From: a bacterium
Lineage (GTDB): Bacteria > Patescibacteriota > Dojkabacteria > SC72
Length of the DNA stretch: 64,000 bases
Direction: 5' to 3'
Assembly (NCBI GenBank): GCA_022840695.1
Contig: JALHDC010000003.1
Coordinates: 11,538-75,537 of the forward strand
Position numbers and translations under genes: made by a program. Below the pieces are notes generated by a model. The model was not told where the DNA came from and ran no database searches. It saw nothing but the letters and a program-made list of their open reading frames with translations. Position 1 is the stretch's first letter; the number at the start of each line of letters is the position of its first letter. Positions 9,712 to 19,779 of the stretch are shown here, one piece after another.

Positions 9712-10821
9712 ATGGATATTGCTGTATTAGAAAAAAAATATAGTCAAAACAAAGCAAAAGAAAAAGCAGATTCATTGCAGAATGAGATTTCAGAAGCTAG
9801 TGTAAAAGGTAATACTCAAGAGATATCTCAATTGAGCTCTGATTTAGGGTATTATTCTGAACTTGCAAGAAATATATCCGATATACGAGCTAGTATTAAA
9901 AACTATAATGATGCCATATTAATGTCAAAAAACGAGAGCGATCCTGAGATAAGGGAGATGGCAACTGAAGAAGTATCAGTATTAGGAGAGAGAATTGAAG
10001 AGTTAGATAAAGAAATTAAGAAATTGCAGATATCAAGGAAATTCGAGGATCATGATGATAATAAATCAGCTATTTTGGAAATAAGGGCCGGAGCTGGAGG
10101 TGATGAGGCAACACTTTTTGCTGCAGATCTTTTCAGAATGTATAAGGGTTTCTCTGCTAGTAGAGGTTGGAATTTGGAGATAATACACAGTAGTGTTTCT
10201 GAATCTGGAGGATATAAAGAGGTAGTAGCACATATAGAGGGGAAAAATGTTTTCAGAGATTTAAAATATGAAAGTGGTGTACACAGAGTTCAACGAGTCC
10301 CTACCACAGAATCTTCAGGCAGAATACATACCTCCACAGCTTCCGTAGCTATCCTACCTGAAGCAAAAGAGGTTGACATACAGATTAATCCTGAAGACTT
10401 AAAAATTGAGGTTATGAGGGCATCTGGAGCCGGAGGACAGTGTGTAAACAAGACAGATTCAGCAGTTAGAATAACCCATTTACCAACTAACTTAGTTGTT
10501 AGCTGCCAAGAGACTAAGCATCAGGCACAGAATAAAGAAAAGGCTATGGCAATACTAAGAGCAAAGCTATACGACATGAAGCAAGAAGAGGAAGATACCA
10601 AAAGAGATTCTATGAGATCAAAATTAATTGGTTCTGCAATGAGAGCTGAAAAGGTAAGAACATATAATTTCCCACAAAATCGTATAACAGATCATAGGAT
10701 AAAGAAATCTTGGTTTAATATAGAATCTGTATTAAATGGTAACCTCGATGAATTGATTAATGATGTTAGGGAAGGAATTATGAATGAATTGTTAAAGAAT
10801 CAAGAGGAAAGTGGAGAATAA
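9712..10821 (+). CDS. prfA: Peptide chain release factor 1
   Basis: GAGGDEA, ESGVHRVQRVPTTE (PxT), GAGGQ, RTYNFPQNRITDHR; ATG 9712 preferred over GTG 9697. Confidence 0.96.
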   Translation: MDIAVLEKKYSQNKAKEKADSLQNEISEASVKGNTQEISQLSSDLGYYSELARNISDIRASIKNYNDAILMSKNESDPEIREMATEEVSVLGERIEELDKEIKKLQISRKFEDHDDNKSAILEIRAGAGGDEATLFAADLFRMYKGFSASRGWNLEIIHSSVSESGGYKEVVAHIEGKNVFRDLKYESGVHRVQRVPTTESSGRIHTSTASVAILPEAKEVDIQINPEDLKIEVMRASGAGGQCVNKTDSAVRITHLPTNLVVSCQETKHQAQNKEKAMAILRAKLYDMKQEEEDTKRDSMRSKLIGSAMRAEKVRTYNFPQNRITDHRIKKSWFNIESVLNGNLDELINDVREGIMNELLKNQEESGE

Positions 10822-11617
10822 GTTAAAGGTTATTTACCAAATACAAGAAGTTCTTAAGAAGTATGGATATTTTGATATAGACAGAATATCCAATGAGATT
10901 TTAGAATATGCAACAGAAAGCAATATCGCGATTGAGGATATCCTTAGTAGGATTTCCAATTACGAGCCTTGGGAATATATTTGTGGGAAAGCAGATTTTT
11001 ACGACAATACATTCAAAATTAATAACTCTGTTCTAATACCTAGAATTGAGACAGAGCAAATTATCGATATATCAAAGGATTTTCTTAGATCTAACCCATC
11101 ATATGATTGCATAGTGGATATTGGAACAGGGAGCGGATGTATAATTATTTCCCTTGCCAAAATTTTCTGTAATAAAAATAACTTCAAATTTATTGGAATT
11201 GATATAAGTTCAAAGGCATTAAAAATTGCAAAAGAGAATTCCGTGTTACATAATGTTAACGAAAATATCTCCTTTAGAAAGGATTATTTACTAAGCAATC
11301 ATTCCATTGGAAAAAATTCATTAATAATAGCCAACCTACCCTATATACCAACTGATATGTATAGGGATTTAGATAAAAGTGTTAAAGATTTCGAACCAAG
11401 GGAAGCATTGGACGGTGGAAAAGATGGACTTAAATATTACAGAGAGCTATTAGACCAGTTAGAAAAGAATAATCCTTCTAAATATTTTGTTACTCTACTG
11501 ATTGAGATAGAACCATCTACTATAGAAACGGTTGAAGAGCTATTTACTCAATATAAATATAGAATTATTAAGGATTATAGAGGATTAAAGAGATTTCTTT
11601 TAATCCATCTCTCCTAA
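10811..11617 (+). CDS. prmC: Release factor glutamine methyltransferase
   Basis: LIPRIETE, DIGTGSGCI, ANLPYI, ALDGGKDGL; follows prfA. Confidence 0.93.
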   Translation: MENKLKVIYQIQEVLKKYGYFDIDRISNEILEYATESNIAIEDILSRISNYEPWEYICGKADFYDNTFKINNSVLIPRIETEQIIDISKDFLRSNPSYDCIVDIGTGSGCIIISLAKIFCNKNNFKFIGIDISSKALKIAKENSVLHNVNENISFRKDYLLSNHSIGKNSLIIANLPYIPTDMYRDLDKSVKDFEPREALDGGKDGLKYYRELLDQLEKNNPSKYFVTLLIEIEPSTIETVEELFTQYKYRIIKDYRGLKRFLLIHLS

Positions 11618-12790
11618 TACAACCTTTACTGTCTCTTCCACAGATTCCCTCATAACTTTTATTTCAACTTCCTCCCCTACTTTATGTTGTTGAATAATCT
11701 CTCCTAAAGATTTATTAACATCATATTCTCCAAATTTTGTTATGATATCCCCTCTTCGAAGTCCCCCTTCATATGCAGGAGATGTTGGATCTACTCTAAG
11801 AACTAAGGCACCAGGGACGACATCTGTATAGTAAAGGGCTTCATATTCTGAAATCATTTGATATGTCACACCTAGGTATGGCCTTATGAATTTTCCATAT
11901 GTTCTATACTCATCTATCCTACTCTTTACTTTATTTATTGGTATAGCGAAGGAGATATTATCTGCTCCAGATGTTGTTGCGAAGTTAATACCTATTACCT
12001 CTCCCTGAGAATTAAGTAGTGGACCTCCTGAGTTGCCAGGATTAACAGCAGCATCTGTTTGTATTACATCCTCATATGTTTTAGATGTACTACCAAACCA
12101 TCCAGAACTTGCTGTCACTGATCTATTCAAACCACTAATAATTCCTGTAGTCACGCTACCTGCATACTCTCCAAGGGGTGTACCTATTGCAATAACACTC
12201 TGCCCTACTAACAAATTTCCAGAATCTCCTAACTCTAATTCTTTAAGTTCATCACTTTCAGGATTAATCTTTATTAAAGCAACATCATTTAAATCATCCC
12301 TTAAAACCTCATCCACAGAATATTCTTTACCATCCTGTGTTACAACTTTGTATTCTGCTGTTAAATCAGATACAACATGTTGATTTGTTATTATTACACC
12401 ATCTTTATCTACTACAAATCCTGTACCTATATTACTACTTTGATCAATCAATCCCTGATCTTGAGAAAGAGTTAATTTTGAAATCGCAATACTTACAACA
12501 GATGGTGATGCCTGTTCAACGATATTTATTACAGCACTTTCTTCTGTAGTTATGACAACCTTTCTTTCTTCTAGAATAGTACTATCTTTATCCAAAAAAT
12601 TAGCAAGATATTCCTGTATTGGAGTGGAATATCTAATTGCTAAATATCCAGAAGCAAGAATGATTAAAAGAGTTACTAAGATTATCAAAAAGACCCCGAT
12701 TATTGCATATATATATTTACCTGGTTTTTGAAAAGAAATTTTCTTTTTTTCCTTAGGTATTTCATTTTTCTTATCATTTTTCTCTTCCAT
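11600..12790 (-). CDS. htrA: HtrA/DegP-family serine protease with PDZ domain
   Basis: TM anchor, TNQHVV, QTDAAVNPGNSGGPL, C-terminal PDZ. Confidence 0.92.
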   Translation of the reverse strand: MEEKNDKKNEIPKEKKKISFQKPGKYIYAIIGVFLIILVTLLIILASGYLAIRYSTPIQEYLANFLDKDSTILEERKVVITTEESAVINIVEQASPSVVSIAISKLTLSQDQGLIDQSSNIGTGFVVDKDGVIITNQHVVSDLTAEYKVVTQDGKEYSVDEVLRDDLNDVALIKINPESDELKELELGDSGNLLVGQSVIAIGTPLGEYAGSVTTGIISGLNRSVTASSGWFGSTSKTYEDVIQTDAAVNPGNSGGPLLNSQGEVIGINFATTSGADNISFAIPINKVKSRIDEYRTYGKFIRPYLGVTYQMISEYEALYYTDVVPGALVLRVDPTSPAYEGGLRRGDIITKFGEYDVNKSLGEIIQQHKVGEEVEIKVMRESVEETVKVVLGEMD

Positions 12791-12809
12791 GGTTTTTAAT
12801 ACTAAAAAT

Positions 12810-14036
12810 TTATTTAGCTAAAATCTCTAAAGCTTTCATCAGTTGAGGATCTAATCCTCTTACAAAATCATCATTTGTTAATTCAATTTCGACATTAGGT
12901 TTTACAGAACTTTCCCTATTTATCTGCTCTCCATTAGGGAGTAGCCATCTTAATGTGGTTAGATGAAGAGAAGATCCATCAGAGAGATCATATATTTTCT
13001 GTGCAGTACCTTTTCCAAATGTCTTCTCTCCAATTATTTCAGCTCTATCTGCATTCTGTAATGCTCCTGCTAAGATTTCAGAAGCTGATGCACTACCTTC
13101 ATTTACAAGAACTACTACCTCTATACTCTCCAAATTCCCTCTTATTGTAGAGGCATATTCTTGAATATTATTCTTTCCATCACTCTGTTTTGATATTACA
13201 AAACCTTCAGGAAGAAATTCATCTCCTGCATATATAGCAGCATCAAAATATCCACCAGGATTACCTCTTAAATCTAATATCATCTTGCTTATCTTAGAGG
13301 TAATGATTTCACTAACCTTTGAATCCCAATTCCTAACCCATTCGGAGTATGTAGATTCTGTGAACCTACTAACTTTTAATAAGGCAATATTGTCATTCTC
13401 TCCTATATATTCTAGTGTAATACTTGGAACTGTTATCTCTCTTCTAACAATTGTAATATCAACTGGTTTTAAATCACCTTTATGCAAGATATTTAGTACA
13501 ACTTCAGTCCCTGATTCCCCTCTTATCTTCGATACCGCATCATACACTGTATCTTCTGATGTTAATTCATAATCATCTATTTTCAAAATATAGTCACCAG
13601 GTCTAATTCCTGCTTCCTTTGCGGGAGATCCTTCTAATGGTGTCACGACTATTATTTGTCCATTGTCATACCCCAACTCAGCCCCTATTCCCTCAAAATA
13701 TTTTCCTTCACTTGCAGAATTAAATTCTTCTGTTTCTTCCGGAGTAAGGAAGACGGTTGCTGGGTCATCCAAAGAATTGACCATTCCCTTTATGGCACCA
13801 TATACCAAATCTTCGTTCTTCATCTTTGAAGAGTCTACATAGCTATCTTTGGTGATATCCAAAACTCTCCAAAACATTGAAAGATCCAAATCCTTAGATG
13901 AAGTTATATCTAAAAAAGTGGTATCACTATCAACATTCCTTCCAACAACTAAACCTAATGTGAAGACACATACTAAAAGTATTCCTAAACCAATGATACT
14001 GTTGTTTTTGTTGTTCTGTTTTGTACTTGTTTCCAC
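12810..14036 (-). CDS. ctpA: S41 C-terminal processing peptidase
   Basis: EGIGA PDZ, DLRGNPGG, SASASEILAGAL, TFGKG. Confidence 0.92.
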   Translation of the reverse strand: METSTKQNNKNNSIIGLGILLVCVFTLGLVVGRNVDSDTTFLDITSSKDLDLSMFWRVLDITKDSYVDSSKMKNEDLVYGAIKGMVNSLDDPATVFLTPEETEEFNSASEGKYFEGIGAELGYDNGQIIVVTPLEGSPAKEAGIRPGDYILKIDDYELTSEDTVYDAVSKIRGESGTEVVLNILHKGDLKPVDITIVRREITVPSITLEYIGENDNIALLKVSRFTESTYSEWVRNWDSKVSEIITSKISKMILDLRGNPGGYFDAAIYAGDEFLPEGFVISKQSDGKNNIQEYASTIRGNLESIEVVVLVNEGSASASEILAGALQNADRAEIIGEKTFGKGTAQKIYDLSDGSSLHLTTLRWLLPNGEQINRESSVKPNVEIELTNDDFVRGLDPQLMKALEILAK

Positions 14037-14075
14037 ATTATTTCCTGCTTAATTAAAATCAGTATTTATTATACT

Positions 14076-15104
14076 CTAAAAAGACACAAATTCGACATTA
14101 GCAATATTTACAATACTCCTCTGTCCACCCTCCCACTCCACAGTGGCATACTGTTCATCTTCCATAGACAGTATTGTACCTAACATTCCATAAATTGAAA
14201 GTGAACGAGATATTACCTTGCTACCAATAGCATTCTTAACAAAAATATCATCCTTTGTTTTAAATACAGAATCATCTGTAACAAAAAACATCTGACTTTC
14301 ATCATAATCTACTACAACTAATTTCCTATTCATTGTGGATATGAGCTTTAGAATATCTTTACTTGTATACATTTCTCCAAATCCTCCAATTACTCCAACT
14401 GGTAATCCCTGTCTTCTAAAATCTTCATAATTCATTGAATATGTAAGGACAAATACAGCTCCTTTCTTGAAAAGATCTTGTAATAACTCAGGATGGAGAT
14501 ATTTCCCAACAAAAACAATTTTATCCTGATAATTCTCTTCCTCTGCTTTTAGTAGAAGATCCTTCCCTTCTCCAAGAACTGTAAATTCTCCTATCATTTT
14601 CCTCTCCCTACCCTTTCTTAACAAAATGTCCGATATTGTTAAAAGATCTAATGCATATGCACTAGAGAGTATGTTTATCCCATCTACAGGATTAATTTCC
14701 TCTACAATTCCATCAAACTTGCTTTGTACCAATATTTCATTCTCTTCTCCCAAAAGATCTATATATCCATTGCTTAATCTTGAAAGATCAACAACTCCCT
14801 GTTCAGGAGATATTAATTTTTTGATATTAAGTCCTCCAGAAACAACTTTTTGAGCTAAGACATCTCCTTTATTAACAAACTCTCCATCAATACAGTTGAT
14901 GTAATTGTGAATCTTTGCTACTTCGACATCAATCTGCTCAGGCAGGTAGAAAGAATGCTTAATATTACTTTCACTCTTTCGTAGAATATCTGTACCTGAG
15001 TTTATCCTGTCTCCCCTATTTACCAAAACCCTATCTCCAGATTTATACGGGATATTGAATACATATTTGTCATATTTTTCGAATATCTTATGCTTAACTA
15101 TCAT
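14076..15104 (-). CDS. Uncharacterised protein with barrel-sandwich-hybrid-like repeats and a C-terminal KOW/SH3-like motif
   Basis: VLVNRGDRI, FVNKGDVLA; C-terminal GSKV...YGMLGTI...VEWEGG...V..ANVE. Confidence 0.5.
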   Translation of the reverse strand: MIVKHKIFEKYDKYVFNIPYKSGDRVLVNRGDRINSGTDILRKSESNIKHSFYLPEQIDVEVAKIHNYINCIDGEFVNKGDVLAQKVVSGGLNIKKLISPEQGVVDLSRLSNGYIDLLGEENEILVQSKFDGIVEEINPVDGINILSSAYALDLLTISDILLRKGRERKMIGEFTVLGEGKDLLLKAEEENYQDKIVFVGKYLHPELLQDLFKKGAVFVLTYSMNYEDFRRQGLPVGVIGGFGEMYTSKDILKLISTMNRKLVVVDYDESQMFFVTDDSVFKTKDDIFVKNAIGSKVISRSLSIYGMLGTILSMEDEQYATVEWEGGQRSIVNIANVEFVSF

Positions 15105-16462
15105 TTAATCCATGTTTGTAATTTTAGTTTGTTTGAATAGCTATCAGGACCATATATTATTGGTCTAATCCTTCCATCTATAAGTATAGATTCATATTTT
15201 TTATTACCAGGGGTAGAAACAAAACCAAGGAGTTTTTCCTTGTTTGGAACCATATATGCACCATTCTTAAATTCCCCCTCTATCACCAACTTATCTTCAT
15301 GAGTAGGAAGTTCAATGTATGAATACTCTGGAGAAAGAGCATAGAATTCGTTTCTTCCTTCACTTAGAGATTGTATAACTCCAGCAAGAATAACTTTGTT
15401 AGATGCTTTAACAGGTTTTGAGTATGGAATAACTACTTTTGTAAGTAAAGAAAAGACCTCTTTTCTTGTTAATATTATATCTGTTGAATCAGTACCATTT
15501 ACATAGCTTTTCCCATACGAAAGTAACTTGGCATCTAAATCCCAATAGCAATCGAAGTCCCCCGACATTTCCAATCCATCAATTAATGTAAGTAGAGATT
15601 TTGATTTGCCTAATATCCTCGGGATATATCCAGATATTATTACTGCACTCTCATTCTTACTAATACCAAAACCCTCTAATTTCTCCTTATTATCCCTAAA
15701 TATCGAATGACTCTGAATTGTACAGTATGCTCTCAATATATCCATTAAATTAGGATCTTCAGAGAAGAATGTCCTGTTTAGTATGAAATTACTCCAATAA
15801 TTGTATATACCTTCTGATCCAAGATCTGTGGCAAGAAATGCCTTCAATCGAGAATCTTTTACAGAATCAATAACATCTAATTCATTTGGCCAACTAATTT
15901 TAGCTTGAGAAAATATCATTTTCTCTCTCTTTGCTTTTTTGTCATACACCTTGTTTACCCTGAATACCGAGAAATCCATGATATCCATATCCACATACAT
16001 CAAATCATCATATTCACTTTTATCTATCAAACTACTGAGGAGAGTTGACATATACCGATCATCTATTACTCTTAGAGATACATCATTCGAGAAATCCCTT
16101 ACCGAAAGAAATATTTTTTCAAAGAATTTCTGATTGTCATCTATCTGCATTCTGATTCCTGTTAATCCATCACCCTCGTTTTTAAATCTTCTGAATGTGA
16201 AAACAGCTTGACGACTTCTGTCTACTAAATTCCAATCGAATACACTCTCCAGATTATCAAAATATTCAAACCAGAAATTTTTTGTAAAAACTTCATCATC
16301 TAACCTATGTCTAAGTGGACTTAAATCTGTAAAATCAGAAAGTATATACTCTCTACTTACATCATGATCTGTGTATGCTAAATGAGACCATATACCATTA
16401 TCTTTTATAACGATACTTAGATATGCATTTTTTTCAAGCAAAGGCAGTTTTGACATTGTCAT
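15101..16462 (-). CDS. Divergent GlmL (glutamate mutase L)-like protein
   Basis: C-terminal LIDGLE...D..L...G and ILIDGRIRP resemble the GlmL IIDARGRP region (recalled similarity); 4-bp overlap with the next gene. Confidence 0.4.
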   Translation of the reverse strand: MTMSKLPLLEKNAYLSIVIKDNGIWSHLAYTDHDVSREYILSDFTDLSPLRHRLDDEVFTKNFWFEYFDNLESVFDWNLVDRSRQAVFTFRRFKNEGDGLTGIRMQIDDNQKFFEKIFLSVRDFSNDVSLRVIDDRYMSTLLSSLIDKSEYDDLMYVDMDIMDFSVFRVNKVYDKKAKREKMIFSQAKISWPNELDVIDSVKDSRLKAFLATDLGSEGIYNYWSNFILNRTFFSEDPNLMDILRAYCTIQSHSIFRDNKEKLEGFGISKNESAVIISGYIPRILGKSKSLLTLIDGLEMSGDFDCYWDLDAKLLSYGKSYVNGTDSTDIILTRKEVFSLLTKVVIPYSKPVKASNKVILAGVIQSLSEGRNEFYALSPEYSYIELPTHEDKLVIEGEFKNGAYMVPNKEKLLGFVSTPGNKKYESILIDGRIRPIIYGPDSYSNKLKLQTWIK

Positions 16463-16495
16463 AATATATTACTGAAAAGTAGGTATCTTTTCAAC

Positions 16496-16520
16496 AAAAA
16501 AGGGGATCTTACGATCCCCT
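16496..16520 (-). terminator. Rho-independent terminator after rpsR
   Basis: Minus strand AGGGGATC-GTAA-GATCCCCT followed by TTTTT. Confidence 0.8.
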
Positions 16521-16541
16521 ATATATTCCAATCTTATATAC

Positions 16542-16886
16542 TTATTCGTTAGAAGAGTATGGTAGAAGTGCCATATATCTTGCTCTTTTTATTGCATTCT
16601 TAAGCTGTCTTTGGTGTTTGTGACATACTCCAGATTTCTCTGTTGATATAAATTTACCTCTTACAGATGTAAATTTTTTCAATTGATACACATCTTTGTA
16701 TGTAATACCTTTGACACCAGACTCACATAATGGACATTTAAGATTCTGAATAATCTTTTTTCTTCTTCTTGGTGCCCTTTTATGCTCAACAACTTCCTCA
16801 TCTTCAGTTATTTTAGTTTCATCAAAAACATCCTCTAATGTAGGAGCTATTACTGTTTCTTCTGTTTTCTTCTCTTCATTAGCCAT
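16542..16886 (-). CDS. rpsR: 30S ribosomal protein S18 with acidic N-terminal extension
   Basis: CPLC, YKDV..LKKF, RGK, HQRQLKNAIKRARYMALLPY. Confidence 0.96.
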   Translation of the reverse strand: MANEEKKTEETVIAPTLEDVFDETKITEDEEVVEHKRAPRRRKKIIQNLKCPLCESGVKGITYKDVYQLKKFTSVRGKFISTEKSGVCHKHQRQLKNAIKRARYMALLPYSSNE

Positions 16887-16905
16887 TTAAGTATTAATTT
16901 CTAAA

Positions 16906-17382
16906 TTAAAAGGGCAAATCTTCTTCTAAAGGATCCTCATCAGGTGTTTCCTCTTTTACCTCTTCCTCTACTTCCTCAACCTCTTCTGTCTTTTCCTCTT
17001 TTTTCTCAGTACTACCACCCTCTTCTATTCCTGCTCCCTGTTTTCCTTTACTATCAAGAAGAATCATATCGTCTACTCTTATTTCTGTTTTATATCTTGT
17101 AACACCATCATCACCTTCCCATGATCTAGTATTTAATGATCCCTCGATATATACCTTCATTCCTTTTGCGAGTAATTGCTGACATATTTCAGCCATTTTA
17201 TTCCATGCTACTAAATTATGGAACTCTGCCAATTCTTTAGTTTCTCCATCTGAATCTTTCCAAGATTTATTTGTAGCCATTCCAAATGTAACTACTGGTG
17301 TCCCAGAGTTTGTATATCTCATCTCTGGATCTCTTGTTAAGTTTCCGATTAGGATAACTTTATTTAACGATCTTGCTGCCAT
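16906..17382 (-). CDS. ssb: Single-stranded DNA-binding protein
   Basis: LNKVILIGNLTRDPE; acidic tail ending DLPF. Confidence 0.97.
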   Translation of the reverse strand: MAARSLNKVILIGNLTRDPEMRYTNSGTPVVTFGMATNKSWKDSDGETKELAEFHNLVAWNKMAEICQQLLAKGMKVYIEGSLNTRSWEGDDGVTRYKTEIRVDDMILLDSKGKQGAGIEEGGSTEKKEEKTEEVEEVEEEVKEETPDEDPLEEDLPF

Positions 17383-17445
17383 TTTGTTTATATTATTTAT
17401 AATTTAACTTACCTTTAACTATACACCGCAATTATTAAATTTCGA

Positions 17446-17802
17446 TTAAATTTCTATTTCCTTCTTTTTTATACTTTTACCTATTGTACTAACATCTTCT
17501 ACCTCTACTATCATAAAACGAAGAACCTCTAATTTGAGTTTCATCTGTCTACCTATCTCTGCAATATCTTTTGGAAATGCTTTAAAGTCATACACAATGT
17601 AATATCCTTCATTATGACCTTTAATTTTGTATGAAAGATATCTTTTACCCCAAACATCAACATCCAAAACCTCTCCACCATCTTTGGAAACTAAATCTAC
17701 AAACTCTTTATGAATTTCTTTTCTTACATCATCAGGCAAAAGTGGTTTGAGAGCCACTATCATTTCATAATTCTTAAGCTTATTAACTTTTTTAACCAAC
17801 AT
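17446..17802 (-). CDS. rpsF: 30S ribosomal protein S6
   Basis: YEM...P, WGKRYLSYKI...EGYY, EVLRF. Confidence 0.95.
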   Translation of the reverse strand: MLVKKVNKLKNYEMIVALKPLLPDDVRKEIHKEFVDLVSKDGGEVLDVDVWGKRYLSYKIKGHNEGYYIVYDFKAFPKDIAEIGRQMKLKLEVLRFMIVEVEDVSTIGKSIKKKEIEI

Positions 17803-17939
17803 TAATCAGTAAACTAATATTTAAGTATAACGAGATGGATTTTAGCAGAAAATGTTACTTTACACAACAATCCTCTTGCATATTCCAAACCTTGTGTAGG
17901 ATAATTTTAACATGATAGAAAGGAAATTTCAAAAACATT

Positions 17940-18236
17940 TTACTTATATACCTTGTTCTTCCCCGAGTGTCCCCCCATATCGAGTAACAGTATTACCATT
18001 CCTTTACTTTGTTCTATCCATAATATTCTTAAATCTTTTGTAACCCTAGAACTATACACAAGTCCATGATTCCTACTCATAACTTTATGAGTATGCAAAC
18101 ACTCATCAAATGGATCTCTCCTTATCTTTTTAACAATATTCCTAATAATTAGAGTCAGTGAGGAATTTTTCTTGGACAATTTCTTGTAGGACCTATCAAA
18201 TGTCGTCGTTGCCTTGATAGTATAAATTTTCGACAT
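17940..18236 (-). CDS. RelE/YafQ-like type II toxin
   Basis: Basic 98-aa protein, F.RSYKKL...LHTHK...SSRVTKDLRI...DMGGH. Confidence 0.7.
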   Translation of the reverse strand: MSKIYTIKATTTFDRSYKKLSKKNSSLTLIIRNIVKKIRRDPFDECLHTHKVMSRNHGLVYSSRVTKDLRILWIEQSKGMVILLLDMGGHSGKNKVYK

Positions 18237-18240
18237 TAAA

Positions 18241-18516
18241 TTAAGAATCTAATTTCTTAAAATGACAATCTATATCCTTGTCGCTCTTTAACTCTGTAAC
18301 CCTACCCTTTTGTACATCTCTAAAAGCTTCATCTATATCCCTTTCCTGTTCTTTTGTTAAATAAAGAACATTATTAGACATCATTTTTGTATCAGCAAGA
18401 ATTAGATGTCTAATATACTCTGGGAATTTGATACCTAATTCATTTATCCTATCTTCCACAGCTTCTAACAACTGCCTAGACAATGGAACCTGTTTTGTTA
18501 TTTCTAAGTTTGACAT
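18241..18516 (-). CDS. Putative type II antitoxin (RHH-like N-terminus)
   Basis: 91 aa, 4 bp upstream of the toxin; QVPLS...EYIRHLI; C-terminal DIDEAFRDVQKGRV. Confidence 0.6.
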   Translation of the reverse strand: MSNLEITKQVPLSRQLLEAVEDRINELGIKFPEYIRHLILADTKMMSNNVLYLTKEQERDIDEAFRDVQKGRVTELKSDKDIDCHFKKLDS

Positions 18517-18582
18517 ATAAAATATACAAAATTAATATCCTAATACTATGATAATACTAATTCGGACCAAAGTCAACCATTA

Positions 18583-19689
18583 TTACTTGTTTGCTAAGAT
18601 GATAATATAATCACCATCTTTGACAATATATTCTTTCCCTTGATTCTTTACTATACCCTTCTCTTTTGCATTGACCCACCCTCCAACTTCTAACATGCTC
18701 TCAAGATTAACGACATCAGCTGTTACAAAACCTTTTTCCAAATCTGTATGAATAGCACCTGCTGCTTCCTTGACTGTACTACCATTTACAATACTCCAAG
18801 CATTACACTCCTTCTCCGATCCAGTATAGAAGGTTATTAAATTTAAACATTTAAAAGCTGCAACTATTACATCTTCCATGGTTGTAGGTTTTTCATCTAG
18901 CATAGAGACATATTCATTTACCTCCTCTTTTGACATACCAACCATATCATCAATGAGTTTGACATCTACAATTAGAACCATATCCTTAGTTTTTTCCTCT
19001 AATATCTCTTTCCACTCATTTACTCTTTCATTATTTAATCCTGCCTTATTATTAAGTATGAATAATCTCTTTTTACTTGTAAGTAACCAGAGTTCATATA
19101 TTATTTCGCTTTCTTCTTTTGTAAGATTCATATCAACTACTGGAATTTCATTATTCAAATTTTCTAGTACTTTCTTTAACAATTCATACTCCTTTGTAGC
19201 CTCTTTATCCCCTATTCTGCTCATTTTTTCGACAGACCCTATTCTCTTCTCTACACTTTCAATATCTTTAAGAATTAATTCTGACTGCACTATTTCAAAA
19301 TCTGCTACTGGATCAACTCTATCGTACACATGAGAAATACTTTCACTTTCAAAAGCTCTTAACATATACATTATTACATCTACTTCTCTAATATGTGAAA
19401 GAAATTGATTCCCCAATCCTTCTCCTTTGGATGCCCCTTTTACTAATCCTGCAATATCTACAAATGTCATTGCTGCAGGTACAATCTTCTTTGCATTAAA
19501 ATGATCTGCCATTTTCTTTAATCTTTCATCAGGAATTTCCACCACACCTACATTCTTATCAATGGTACAAAACGGAAAGTTTTCTGCAGGTACAGACATA
19601 TCCGTCAAAGCATTAAATATTGTAGATTTTCCGACATTGGGAAGTCCTACTATACCTAAAGAAAATGAATGTGATTGTTTAATTGACAT
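18583..19689 (-). CDS. ychF: Ribosome-binding ATPase YchF
   Basis: GIVGLPNVGKST, NFPFCTI, DIAGLVKGASKGEGLGNQFL, AAGAIHTD. Confidence 0.97.
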   Translation of the reverse strand: MSIKQSHSFSLGIVGLPNVGKSTIFNALTDMSVPAENFPFCTIDKNVGVVEIPDERLKKMADHFNAKKIVPAAMTFVDIAGLVKGASKGEGLGNQFLSHIREVDVIMYMLRAFESESISHVYDRVDPVADFEIVQSELILKDIESVEKRIGSVEKMSRIGDKEATKEYELLKKVLENLNNEIPVVDMNLTKEESEIIYELWLLTSKKRLFILNNKAGLNNERVNEWKEILEEKTKDMVLIVDVKLIDDMVGMSKEEVNEYVSMLDEKPTTMEDVIVAAFKCLNLITFYTGSEKECNAWSIVNGSTVKEAAGAIHTDLEKGFVTADVVNLESMLEVGGWVNAKEKGIVKNQGKEYIVKDGDYIIILANK

Positions 19690-19779
19690 GTGTGGATTAT
19701 ATAATAATAAATAAAGATATGATATATGTTATTATTTACAATCAAAGCTTTTGACAATTATTTAACCTCACTTAAATAA

